Below are positions 1 to 14,243 of a stretch of DNA of 54,989 nucleotides, one piece after another; the stretch's first letter is position 1, and each line of letters opens with the position of its first letter. The position numbers were made by a program, and so were the translations under genes. The stretch spans positions 1 to 54,989 of the forward strand of contig CAXHJY010000887.1 in assembly GCA_964016885.1 (NCBI GenBank), read 5' to 3'. Below the pieces are notes generated by a model. It ran no database searches. It worked only from the letters and a program-made list of their open reading frames with translations, and was not told where the DNA came from. Origin of the DNA: Eledone cirrhosa. Taxonomy: Eukaryota.

Positions 1-2091
<2,091 letters not shown>

Positions 2092-2170
2092 TCTTTCCAT
2101 GATATCCGGAATACATTGAGTTCTTCATACGGATTGGACACTACCGTAAACTCTTGGTAGATTTATCTAC
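2092..2170 (+). mobile_element. Isolated 3' terminus of the TA-inserted family also seen at 33793-34365
   Basis: Reverse complement of about 33793-33871, flanked by (TA)n on both sides. Confidence 0.85.
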
Positions 2171-2218
<48 letters not shown>

Positions 2219-2257
2219 GTATATATATATGTATATATATATGTATATATATATGTA

Positions 2258-2290
<33 letters not shown>

Positions 2291-2396
2291 ATGTATGTAT
2301 GTATGTATATATATATATGTATGTATGTATATATGTATATATATATGTATGTATGTATGTATGTATATGTATGTATGTATGTATATATATATATGT

Positions 2397-2851
2397 AAAG
2401 GGCAAAGGAGCTCTTAAGAGTCAATGGCCATCCAAAATCACCGGGAGAGATGACCCCTTAGCCTTTGTCAAGGCAGAATTCTAGGAGAAGGAAAACTCTG
2501 ATATAACACCTGCAACCCTGATGGTATCCAATGATGTTGACTTGTTCTTCTTTTTGGTAAATATCATCTTGGTTAAGAGAGTGGGACTGGCTTTGTGCAG
2601 TGCCTTTGCTCACTATAAAAGCTTCACGGCACAGGCATTGCTTTATATCTGGAGATCTCTCTGCACTTGTCGTCACATGGTACCATGGGCCCAGCACTAT
2701 GTGTCAGTAATTGTCACAAGTGTAGTGTTTGTACCAGAGTTTTCAAGTCGCTGGCTGGACTAAAAAGTCACACTCGTTCAGCGCATCGGTAGGGGTTCTC
2801 CTACATGGATATAAAGTAGTGGCCGTACTCGAAAACGAGTTGGCAGCCACC
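2397..2851 (+). mobile_element. 5'-truncated copy of a non-coding interspersed element
   Basis: Near-identical to about 3569-4024, ends in gcagccacc(AT)n. Confidence 0.85.
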
Positions 2852-2958
2852 ATATATATATGTATGTATGTATGTATGTATATGTATGTATGTATGTATA
2901 TATATATATGTATGTATGTATATATGTATATATATATGTATATATATATGTATGTATG

Positions 2959-2991
<33 letters not shown>

Positions 2992-3130
2992 GTATATATA
3001 TGTATGTATGTATATGTATGTATGTATATGTATATATATGTATGTATATGTATATATATGTATGTATGTATATATATATATGTATGTATGTATATATATA
3101 TGTATGTATATATATATATATGTATGTATG

Positions 3131-3191
<61 letters not shown>

Positions 3192-3216
3192 GTATGTATA
3201 TATATATGTATGTATG

Positions 3217-3247
<31 letters not shown>

Positions 3248-3415
3248 GTATATATATATGTATGTATGTATATATATATATGTATGTATATATATATATG
3301 TATGTATGTATATATATATATATATGTATGTATGTATATATATATATGTATGTATGTATGTATATATATATATATATGTATGTATATATATATATATATG
3401 TATGTATATATATGT

Positions 3416-4024
3416 GTCAGGTCACCAGTTGGTGCTACTGGTAACATGTATCCCAGTACAACCTGTCTCATGGTCGGGTCGTTGGCGACTAAACTGGCAA
3501 CCCCACCAAGGTTTCTTGGTGAGGAGGGTGACTTTGGACATCCTGCAGGACTAAAAACAAAACCTTTCAAAGGGCAAAGGAGCTCTTAAGAGTCAATGGC
3601 CATCCAAAATCAGCGGGAGAGATGACCTTTTAGCCTTGGTCAAGGCAGAATTCTAGGAGAAGGTAAACTCTGATTTAATACCTTGCAACCCTGATGGTAT
3701 CCAATGATGTTGACTTGTTCTTCTTTTTGGTAAATATCATCTTGGTTAAGAGAGTGGGACTGGCTTTGTGCAGTGCCTTTGCTCACTATAAAAGCTTAAT
3801 GGCACAGGCATTGCTTTATATCTGGAGATCTCACTACACTTGTCGTCACATGGTACCATGGGCCCAGCACTATGTGTCAATAATTGTCACAAGTGAAGTG
3901 TTTGTACCAGAGTTTTCAAGTCGCTGGCTGAACTAAAAAGTCACACTCGTTCAGCGCATCGGTAGGGGTTCTCCTACATGGATATAAAGTAGTGGACGTA
4001 CTCGAAAACGAGTTGGCAGCCACC
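3416..4024 (+). mobile_element. Longer copy (about 610 bp) of the same element, possibly a non-autonomous retroelement
   Basis: Same 3' end as 2397-2851. Contains ggagaaggtaaactctg, reminiscent of RTE-type 5' UTRs (recollection, not verified). Confidence 0.65.
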
Positions 4025-4046
4025 ATATATATATATATATATATAT

Positions 4047-4270
4047 AGTAATAATAAAATGTGAAGACTAAAATCCGAAGAGGGCTCGATAAGGATTATA
4101 TATATATAATATATATATAAACTCGTAGAGCAAATATTCATTATAAGAACAGATTAAAGTTTAAGTAAAGAATCGCTGCTAAAATCCTTAACGGGATCTA
4201 AGTTTCCGAAGATCACGTTAAGGGTGAAAGCAGCGATTCTTTGCTTAAACTTTAATCTGTTCTTATAATA
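4047..4270. mobile_element. Fold-back TA-inserted element, family H2 (other copies 11308-11540 and 30407-30641)
   Basis: Shared terminus tagtaataataa..tgaagactaaaatcc, with inverted arms around about 4200. Confidence 0.85.
4200..4252 (+). ncRNA. Hammerhead-like fold with position-4 variant core (family H2)
   Basis: aagttt CCGAAGA tcacgttaagggt GAAA gcag..ttgc TT aaactt; stems I and III pair; other copies read CAGAAGA. Confidence 0.55.
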
Positions 4271-5376
4271 TATATATATATATATAGTTCTCCAACTCAT
4301 AAAGGAGAGTAAACCAGATTGTTTCTTTTTCGCGTGTATTAAATACACAGGTGGAGGAAAAGAGTTTATAGTAACAATTGAGAATATAGTTAAATCGATT
4401 CAAGATTAAAGAACGCAAATCAAAATTTTGTAAGAAAGAAAATAATTTACAGACTGTACTCGATAGCGAAACGTATTTACTTTAGTTCGATTCTTGCGTA
4501 CCAATATTATTACGGGGTCGATAAAATAAAGCATCAATGAGTAATGGGGTCAATTTCATCCTCTCCTTCAAATTGCTGGCCTTGTGCCTAAAGTAGAAAC
4601 AATTATAATACCAGTGTCGTCTGTGATCCGAATTTGATCGTAAATATCACGAAAGCCGAATAAATACTTAAGACGTTTTGCAGTCAACTATTTCTCAATA
4701 ATTTTAACATTTCTCTATATTAACATAAATGAAGCGCATAATATACATTTTCAACCAAGCATTGAAATTAGGAAAAGTCAAAATGTTATAATTATAAGAA
4801 AAGTTCCCCTGGAAGAATGAAACAAAACTGAATACAAAACTTTGATAATGGTATATTTGATTTATTATTAGCAAGATCATACATCCTACTCTTAATCTAA
4901 AACAAATGAATCTGAAGAAACTAGCGATGGTTTGTCTCGACCTAATAGTAAAGCGAGATGGGCTCCGACAATACGGCACCTCTACGACTTCCTCGGGTAT
5001 TACAGGACCATGCACGTAATAGTAAATTCAGAAAGTTCAGAAAGTCGTTTAAGTTTGTTGAGTGGAAAAGACAAGTTCCGACATTTGCTTATGATCTTTA
5101 TTTCCGAGAAAGCGATTTTCTCAAAGCATCAGACTTATTTTCTTCATGGAAAACTATGATACATTTTCGTGAACATATTGCACCTCCTATTAATGTTGTC
5201 TTACGAATCTCAAGGTTTCAAGTATATTGTGAATAGGAATTTAGTGTATTAGGACACCCATGTCTTTCCGAAGATCACCAATAATGCAATTCATGTTTCT
5301 GTTAAATGATATATTAATCATAATTCTATATGACATAAAAAAAAATCAATAAAAATGTTATGATCTTTTTCAACAG

Positions 5377-5534
5377 GTGTCCCATTTTTGAACACATACC
5401 CGATGATTGTACAGTTGTGGACTTCCCTGGTGAAGCATGCTGTGTTCTTCCAGTGTGCAATACCACTCATACCCTCATACCGAAATATGGTAAACCTAAA
5501 AAAGGAAAAGGCAAAATTACGAGTGATCCTAAAG
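5377..5534 (+). CDS. Exon A of VWC/ShKT cysteine-rich protein: second half of a VWC-like repeat (CPIFEHIPDDCTVVDFPGEACCVLPVC) plus linker
   Basis: Acceptor tttttcaacAG, phase-2 start, C-x9-C-x9-CC-x4-C pattern. Donor AAAG|GTGTGG is phase 1; an alternative phase-1 donor at 5489 (G|GTAAAC) is possible. Confidence 0.85.
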
Positions 5535-5686
5535 GTGTGGTAATGCTTTATATGCAAATAACAAATATTGTATTAATCCAGACACAACCTAATCTCATAT
5601 TTTAGGTACAATTTAAATTTATTTATTAATCGTAAGTGTGAAGATTTGAATTACTATCTTAACTTAAGCAGAAACACCCGTGAAAA

Positions 5687-5852
5687 GTATTTCCCGGCGC
5701 CGAAGACGCTTCATCCTCGAGGACGCACCCTAATTTTGACAACCAAAAATAGAAAAAAAAAAGTAAACAACCTTCGGCCTCCAGGACGCATGGTAGATTT
5801 TTGAGACTTATTTCATGAAAAAAGTAGCGCTTCGACGCCGGGAAATACGGTA
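5687..5852. mobile_element. pogo/Tc1-mariner-like MITE
   Basis: TIRs gtatttcccggcgccgaag / cttcgacgccgggaaatacgg followed by TA. Confidence 0.7.
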
Positions 5853-6221
5853 TATTGCAAACAACATACACAGAAGGATTTGATCTTCATATTTGTATTA
5901 GAATTCAATATCCTGTTGGCAGTTTGTAAAATGCTATTGATTTATTTCAAACACTATTGTTTTGGCACGCCACGTTTTAAAGGTGACTATAATAGTGACG
6001 TTTGAATTGACTTTGATATGTTACTGCATATATTACCATAACTATTATGAACTGTCATGCATACACTCCTTGTTCTGTTCTGTCATATACCAGACTGTCA
6101 ATTATACTGGTTACAAATGTCAGGGAAAACTCTAAAGAAGCAATCAATATATGGGGCAAGTGAGAAGAATCGCTGCATAATTCTATCAATAATAATGAAA
6201 ACTTCTTTTATTATTTAGTCA

Positions 6222-6672
6222 GGGCGGTGGATTGGCAGTATCGGTAGAGGGTCGGACGCCATGCTTTCCAGCATAGTTACGTCCCTTTACGATCTGAGTT
6301 CAAATCCCGCCGAGGTTGACTTTGCCTTTCATCCTTACGGGGTCGATAAAATAAAGTACCAGTCACGCACTGGGGTCGATTTAATCGACTTTCCCCTCCC
6401 CCCCCAAATTACTGGCCTTGTGCCTATATAAGAAACCATTATTTAATAAGGGAGGTGGATTGGCAGTATCAGTAGAGCACCGAATACCATGCTTTGCAGC
6501 ATAGAGTTACGGCCCTTTACGTTCTGAGTTCAAATCCCACCTAGGTTAACTTTGCTTTTCATCCTTACGAGGTCGCTAAAATAAAGTACCAGTAACGTAC
6601 TGGGGCTGATTTAATCGACTTCCCCCTCCCCCAAATTACTGGCCTTGTGCATATACTAGAAATCATTATTTA
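6222..6672 (+). mobile_element. Two tandem tRNA-derived SINEs (family S1)
   Basis: A-box-like tggcagtatcggtag, B box gagttcaaatcc, central gcctttcatccttacggggtcgataaaataaagtaccag, tail agaaacc/aattatt. Confidence 0.9.
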
Positions 6673-6800
6673 GTCAGGGAGGGAAGAATGGAACACATGA
6701 GAAATAGTTTCGCTACTTATGAGACTGATGTGATGAAAGGGGGAAGTTATATTCGAACCGGAGACATCACTTGACGACTGGAAACAGAATGAACTCAATG

Positions 6801-6868
6801 TTGTCACTCGAATTCACATTACAACTTGATACTAATGTATCAAGTTGTAATGTGAATTCGGGTGACAA
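6801..6868. other. Near-perfect 32-bp-arm hairpin with 4-nt loop
   Basis: ttgtcactcgaattcacattacaacttgatac TAAT gtatcaagttgtaatgtgaattcgggtgacaa. Confidence 0.9.
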
Positions 6869-7754
6869 AATATATCAACTACACTTTCAGGGAGGTTGTT
6901 ACTAGCTGAGTCATAGGAATGTCAGTCTGCAATCTGAAATATTAGCGGGTAATACTTCTACATCTCTTGCCTGACCTTAGGATGTCGATTATTGGACTGT
7001 GTCCACAGAATGGAATGCTAACTCACAATGGTCCTTAGCTGTAACTAGTTACCATAAGGAAGCACGGATCAATACATTATAGTCGCTGTTGCTATTTACC
7101 CTGTATATCATCTCTGATTGAGAAAATCTGTGATCAAAAGGAGTTCCACTCTCTATGTCTTTTCTATCTCTATTGCGAAGACCCCGACTTCTCGGATCTG
7201 ATTGCTCATGCTTCAACTCGCTTGATGTATGCCGGTCTCCCCTTCGCTCGTTACTTTTATATTTATCTCCAGGCTCGGCACCAATTACTACCACTAGTTA
7301 TCTCCCCTCCGAATATCGCTCCTATTAAATTGTCTCATTGCACATGATTTAGTTGCCACTGTCGCATTGCAAATGTTCAAGACAAATATTAACGGCATCA
7401 ATATCATAGGCCTCGGAGAGCTGCAAATGCTATGGACACAACTTTCTCTTTTAGACCAAAGCAAAAAAATAAAAAGGGTGATTGAGTGGGTAGAAATGTT
7501 TATACACTTACGCCAGCTAATTCACCGATACCTGAGAGTAGGTTATATAGCAGTCAACGCATCTTGAAACATATTTTCGCTGAGAAGAGGCTTCAGAAAC
7601 AAACTAGCAGTAAATGACAGCATTGTATGCCGGTATTAGAGGAAGGAGCGTTGTGAGATAGAATAGGCTGTTGCGCAGACCTCTCAACTCTCTCTGTCCG
7701 ACGGGAATATCTCCCACTCACTTTGGGGTGGGTGAGAGATCACTTCTCAGGTAT

Positions 7755-7866
7755 AAAATCCGGCTGAGGTTAACTTTGCCTTTCATCCTTACGGGGTCGA
7801 TAAAATAAAGTACCAGTAATGTACTGGGTAATTGCTGGCCTTGTGCCTAAAATAGAAACAATTATG
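7755..7866 (+). mobile_element. 5'-truncated SINE S1
   Basis: Central and tail S1 sequence. Confidence 0.85.
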
Positions 7867-8258
7867 TAAAATCTCCCAATTTTGCCTCACTTCTCCCCGT
7901 TTTGGGACCCTTTTTTTCATGGTACTCCTCGTTTGGGTTTTTAGAGGTTGGCACGTTTGGCAGCGTGTGTCACTGGCTGTATTCTTTTTGATGGCTGTTG
8001 TAGCAGCTTTTACTATGTCATTCGCGGGGTAGATCCGTGAAAGTACTGCCAAGAGTTGAGATTTTGCCCGCCCTTTAACATCCCAAGTTTTAAGTTTAAT
8101 TTTTCTTTTCTCACCCTTTTTTTTTTTCTTTTCCTGTTTATCATTTAATTTATCTTTTAAAAGCTTTCATGCTTATACATATTTGTATTCGTGAATAAAT
8201 AATTTTATTAAAGTATAAACGCTTATCAGACGATGAAACCTTATTTTGTGTATTTTAG

Positions 8259-8376
8259 GTGGTTGTGTATATACTAACGGCAAGAAATACAAGAAAGGAG
8301 ATACCTGGTTAGATGGCTGTGATTATTCATGTGTTTGCACTAATGAAGAGAATGGAGCCTATATTTGTGAGAGGAG
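8259..8376 (+). CDS. Exon B: first half of a VWC-like repeat (GCVYTNGKKYKKGDTWLDGCDYSCVCTNEENGAYICER)
   Basis: ttttAG / AG|GTAAAG, phase 1 to 2, C-Y-G-Y-G-W-DGC-C-C motif. Confidence 0.92.
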
Positions 8377-8411
8377 GTAAAGTTTAGGAAATATTATTTT
8401 ATGATTATCTA

Positions 8412-8604
8412 GGCGATGGATTGGCAGTATCGGTAGAGGGTTGGGCGCTATGATTTGAAGCATAGAATTACGGCTCTTTACAGTCTTAGCTCAAATGCCG
8501 CCGAGGTTAACTTTGCATTTCATCCTTACGGGGTTGATAAAATAAAGTACCAGTAATGCACTGGGAAAATTGCTGGCCTTGTGCCAAATGTAGAAACAAT
8601 TATT
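8412..8604 (+). mobile_element. SINE S1 with target-site duplication
   Basis: Full S1 copy flanked by attattttat..ttatctag on both sides. Confidence 0.9.
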
Positions 8605-9604
8605 TTATAGTTATCTAGCATTGAAACTTATTGCACATGGTTAGATATATTTAGAAAGTAATTATGTTTTCTCTCTTATTTGAAAACATAAATCTTAAAT
8701 AAAGAGAAAAATATCCATATTTGAATGGTATTCAAATTTCAATATTTCGGAATTTTTGTTAGGTTTGTAAATTCAAATACAATTTTGCACTTTCAGAATG
8801 ATCAAGTCACTGTCTACTAATTCTGCTAATCTACTTCTTTGTGCAGTTAGTTTGGGATTTATATTGCCTCATGTAGAGCTGAGTATAAAAAACTGGGTGA
8901 ATAAACCAGACCTAAATTTAAGCTCGTGTTTTATAAATTCCTAGAAATAAAGCAGAATTGTATTTGAAACATTTTTATGAGGAAAATAAGCATTTCAACG
9001 AGTTCTAATACTTGTGACTCCTGCTGTATCTTTTTTAATAGATACTAAATCTCCTGGATGTATCTATTCTAATATCTACTACATCTGCTGCACCTACAAT
9101 ATATCCGATGTATCTGTTCGAAAAACTATTACATCGTTTGTATCTGCTCTGATAACATCTATTACATATGTTCTAATAATCGCTACATCTATTGTATGTT
9201 TTATCACATTTGCATCTCTTATAATACGAGTAACTTACAACTGATGTATCTATTTTAATAATTCTTACTATAATTCTGTTCTAATAACTGCTATATCTTT
9301 TCAATAAGTCACACTTACAATCGTAATTGCAACATTTCCTATATTTTGATTTTAAATACATAGACATTAATATATTGTGAAAAGCAAAATGCCCAAATCA
9401 GTAAGACAACAAACCGTAAAATTGCTTGGTTGTAGTATCTTGTAAACGATACTCTTTATATCTAAAAAGATACTTTTGTACTTGAAAGTAGAAACAATTA
9501 TTTCCTTCAGTGAAAGTTTGGAGAATGTTTCACTCAATTCGATTGGATCAACTGTTTCTTTTCGTAAAGTTTGGAGTCACTGACCAGTTCTAATTATACT
9601 CTAA

Positions 9605-9845
9605 AGTCTCTAGTCTAAAGCCCGTCTCAAGCCAGGAAGCTCGTCAGACCGGTGCTTATTCCGGTTTCGTGGCGTGAAGCAAGAGACTACAAGACTCTCC
9701 CTGGACAGGACGCCAGTCCATCGCAGGGTTAAAAGCCCCAACTATTGGTGGTCAATTATTTTCAGCTGAGTTTACTGGAGCAACGTGAAATGAAGTGTTT
9801 ACTCAAAAACGCAACATATGACCCAGCCGAAGAATCGAACCCACT
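9605..9845 (-). mobile_element. SINE family S2 (CORE-like central region), partial
   Basis: Reverse complement matches 43497-43783 (cctgcgatggac.ggcgtcctgtccagg, gaaaccgg.ataagcaccggtctga.gagc). Confidence 0.8.
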
Positions 9846-10095
9846 CTAGTTATACTACAGTAAGTATTTTACAGAGTTCGCCTCCTCCACTGCGGTACAG
9901 TGTGATTTCAAATATTCTGTTTGGTTATGATTTGACGTCTTCGTTCAATTTTAAATCCTTTGAATTCAATACATGAATTAAATAAACAGAAACAAACAAA
10001 CCAAAGAGCAAAACAAATAGAACTTTAGAACATGTTAGAACTTTCAGAATAGTGTGGAATATGTTTAAATGTTGCTCTTTATATTTCTCCAAAAG

Positions 10096-10226
10096 GTGTC
10101 CATATTTAGGAAGACCACCGCCAGGATGCCAAGTTGTTCGGAACGAAAACCATGATTGTTGCAAGTTGATTCAATGTTTAAATTCAACTGTTTTCCCCGA
10201 TCATTCAAGAAACGGATCTGAACCAG
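10096..10226 (+). CDS. Exon C: second half of a VWC-like repeat (CPYLGRPPPGCQVVRNENHDCCKLIQC) plus linker
   Basis: ccaaaAG / CAG|GTGAAT, phase 2 to 1, in frame with exons B and D. Confidence 0.9.
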
Positions 10227-11159
10227 GTGAATTGAAGTTTGTTTTTGTTACTCTAATTGTATTGTCTCTGTAAACAGTATTCAGTATTGGATGGATACCC
10301 TCGGTTGAATTATTCGATCCTAGTAGAGTAATAGCAAATGAACATAACGATATTCAATAGAGGAAATACAAAGTACATTTTATAGTAAATATGTTTTTTC
10401 GAGTCTGATAGTATGGACATTCATAATTGCCATCGATTAGCATGCACATTGATAATTTTGTGCACGGAAACCATAGTAGAGCAGTGGATTAATGAATTAC
10501 TTCACCTTGTTTTTTCTTATTTTTCATTGTATAATACACACACCACTGGAATTGCTGAGTATACATAGTATTCTCAAAGATATACATCAGCTGATTAGCC
10601 TACATTGCATATATGTGTGTGTTGTACGGCGGCAGCAAATCAGTCGGCGAAACTGCAGTCGGGACGTTGGAGAAAATATACGCATATTTCGTCTATTCTT
10701 TCCTTACAATTATAATTTAATAGATAGCTCTGATTAAATTATTATTTCTAATTCTTTCAGTCATTGAGCAAAACTGGTCAAGGCGGAAAACCACCCACAT
10801 ATATATTTATACTTATGTATCTGTACGTGTATCCTATTACTAATATACATATACTATATACATATACTATATATACATATACTATACTATATACGTATAT
10901 ATATATACTATATACATATATATATACTATATACATATATATATACTATATACATATATATATACTATATATATATACTATATATATATACTATATATAT
11001 ATATATACTATATACATATATATATACTATATACATATATATATACTATATATATATATATATACTATATACATATATATATACTATATATATATATATA
11101 TACCATATATATATACTATATATACCATATATATATACTATATATACTATATATATATA

Positions 11160-11215
<56 letters not shown>

Positions 11216-11219
<4 letters not shown>

Positions 11220-11255
11220 ATAATAATAAATTTGAAGACTAAAATCCAAAGACTA

Positions 11256-11312
<57 letters not shown>

Positions 11313-11533
11313 ATAATAATAAATTTGAAGACTAAAATCCAAAGAGGGCTCGATAAGGATAAATATATATCAAATATATAAGAACCGTAGAGCAAATATT
11401 TATTAAAATAACAGATTAAAGTTTAAGCAAAGAATCGCTGCTTTCACCCTTAACGAGATCTTCTGAAACTGATCAGAAGATCCCGTTAAGGGTGAAAGCA
11501 GCGATTCTTTGCTTAAACTTTAATGTTATTTTA

Positions 11534-11540
<7 letters not shown>
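11216..11540. mobile_element. Fold-back family H2 with duplicated terminus; hammerhead-like fold on - strand at 11420-11470
   Basis: Arms about 11396-11466 and 11473-11540; terminus repeated at 11216 and 11308, separated by (TA)n. Confidence 0.85.
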
Positions 11541-11579
<39 letters not shown>

Positions 11580-12062
11580 ATATGAAAGAGTCGGGCCCTC
11601 TATTCTCCCAAGTTTTGAGTACTCTGTTGAATTATGCTCTAACTATTTTAATACTGCTTCGATCCTTATAATTGTATATATATGCATATATATATGTATG
11701 TAAATATAAGTATATATATATATGTAAATATAACTATATATAAATATATACATATAAATATTTATATGTGCATATGTATATATATGTATATGCATCTATT
11801 TTTTTAACATATATTTATATATAAATATATGACTATTATCGTCTTGAAGTCAGATGATCAATACTTTAATTATAAAGATGTGTTCAATCTTTCACAATTC
11901 CTCATATTTATTTTCCTCCCTTAATAATTTTCCTCTCCATTTTCCTTCTCCTTTTCATTATCATCATAAATAGAAGTGTTTAAACTTTAATGCGAATTTA
12001 GTTGAAATTATTATCCCAATCTTTTCTTTTGCCTTAGTTATGAAAGTATTTCATTATTGTTA

Positions 12063-12460
12063 TGGATTGGCAGTATCGGTAGAGGGTCGGACGGCATGCT
12101 TTGAAGCATAGAGTTACCTCCCTGTATGATCTGAGTTCAAATCCCGCCGAGGTTAACTTTGCCTTTCATCCTTACGGAGGTCGATAAAATAAAGTACCAG
12201 TAATGCACTGGGTAATTGCTGGCCTTGTGCCAAAAGTAGAAACAATTATTGTTAATACTTCTAAGGGCGGTGGATTGGCAGTATCGGTAGAGGGTCGGAT
12301 GCCATGCTTTGACGTATAGAGTTACGGCCCTTGCCATTCTGAGTTCAAATCCTGCCGAGGTTAACTTTGCCTTTCATCCTTACGGGGTCGATAAAATAAA
12401 GTACTAGTAATGCTCTGGGTAATTGCTGGCCTTGTGCCAAAAGTAGAAACAATTATTGTT
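12063..12460 (+). mobile_element. Two tandem SINE S1 copies
   Basis: Both followed by attattgttaatacttct. Confidence 0.9.
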
Positions 12461-13519
12461 AATACTTCTTTCCCTCTGATGCTATATTTGATAACCAACC
12501 GACTTCCTCGAAGCTCTGGCAGAAATTAGATAAAAAAAACTAAAACACTATTAGATATTTCTATCTCTCTACCAATTAGGTTTTGACCTATGTTCATAGA
12601 GATTGTCATATCGGATTTAGTCGCTAGGATACCTGCTGAACAGCAGAACATTTGGTAACCTCTGCCCTCTTATGTATTAGTACTGTTACATCGCCTTCTA
12701 GACAATGGTACATAATTGTTTGGAAGGCGTTGGAACTGTACTAATATATATTGAACGTATTATCAACAATCAAATGCTTTCATAACTAACCGCCAAGGAA
12801 AACGAAAATTTAATTAACTCTAAATGTTTCATATTGGGTGCTGAATGGAGTTACATTTCAATATAATAATAAGTGACGGCTCAAGGCAGCTGGCGAATAG
12901 TTCTTTATTCTGATGTGCTGAATATTTATAGGTAATCACTGATAGAGGTTAAAAACATCGACTTCCACTAAATTAATGTTTCTATAAAATGTCACACACT
13001 TTATAAATCAAACATTTTATATACTTTATCGCCAGAGTCGAGTTGTTGCTACAACAATTATAATTTCCGAAATAAAAATTGTTTTAGTATTTACATCTAC
13101 TATATATAAATTATTAAAAGATTTTTCATTTCCAAACATAGGATTAATATCCGCAAAATGATTATCATATTTTATTTGTTATTATATGTCAATAAACCAA
13201 AACTTGTAAAGTAATTCATTTATTTTGACGTCGATAGAATTCATAGTTTTGTGTGAGCTTAATGGCATTGCGTTGTGTCCAAGTAAGCAATGAACTATTA
13301 TCTAATTCAGTGTTGTAAACAGGGGATGCACTGTATAATTTATGGGTCGTTTATTGTACTACAATGCTCTCTTCCCTTCCTGTTACACAAAACATTGCAC
13401 TATAGTTTAACATTCTATCTAGGAGCGATAAAACTCTATTTTGCTTGACGCCATATACACGTGATGTTAGAAGTAATATATAGATAATGGAAACATAATT
13501 AAACATAGTAATAACCAAC

Positions 13520-13884
13520 GAATAGGGTCGGATGCTTTGCTTTGTAGCATAGAGGTACGCCCCTTTACAGTCTGAGTTCAAATCTCGCCGAGGTTAACTT
13601 TGCCTTTCATCCTTACGGGGTCGATAAAATAAAGTACCAGTAATGCACTGGGATAATTGCTGGCCTTGTGCAAAAGTAGAAACAATTATTTTAAGTGGAT
13701 TGGCAGTACCGGTAGAGAGTCGGACGCCATGCTTTCCAGCATAGAGTTATGTCCCTTTGCGGACTGAGTTCAAATCGCGCCGAGATTAACTTTGCCTTTC
13801 ATCCCTACAGAGTCGATAAAATAAAGTACCAGTAATGTACTGGGATAATTGCTAGCCTTGTGCCAAAAGTAGAAACAATTATTT
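13520..13884 (+). mobile_element. Two tandem SINE S1 copies
   Basis: S1 consensus twice, both ending aattattttaa. Confidence 0.9.
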
Positions 13885-14128
13885 TAAACAAATCCTGATT
13901 TAGTTATTGTTCTCTTGCAAAATTACTGCATTCATTCATCAAATTTATTTCATTCTCATACCTTGCTAGTCTACCAATCAAACGCTTTCTCTTGTAATCC
14001 CTCCTCGTAATCCGCATTTTCAGAACAACTGCACCTGGTGGTTTACCTGACGACATAATCTTAAGTAGTTTTCTCAATACACTATGTTATATACCAGTAA
14101 TTAAGAATCGTTTAATATATATATACAG

Positions 14129-14243
14129 GCAAATGCTTCTACAAAGGAACTTCCTACGCCGAAGGAGTACAGTGGAATGATGGGTGCAGCAAAACATGTA
14201 TCTGTGAAAACGGAAAGTTCGGTTATTATCGATGTCAAGACAG
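14129..14243 (+). CDS. Exon D: first half of a VWC-like repeat (KCFYKGTSYAEGVQWNDGCSKTCICENGKFGYYRCQD)
   Basis: tacAG / CAG|GTAATA, phase 1 to 2, paralogous to exons B and F. Confidence 0.92.

Noticed and set aside
2521-3936. Duplicated 80-aa ORF MVSNDVDL...
   Set aside because: It lies in near-identical repeat copies and has no recognisable domain.
6222-6310. tRNA gene
   Set aside because: The A/B boxes belong to a multicopy SINE head, and no complete cloverleaf forms.
9014-9340. Degenerate ctacatctattctaata-like repeat with an ORF
   Set aside because: Low-complexity intronic repeat lying inside a split VWC domain, with no compatible splice sites.
10761-10776. Possible extra exon after ttctttcag
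   Set aside because: No phase-1 donor compatible with exon D.
14024-14037. Possible microexon (TTAPG-like) upstream of exon D
   Set aside because: That reading needs a phase-2 entry, but exon C ends in phase 1, and the donor is weak.
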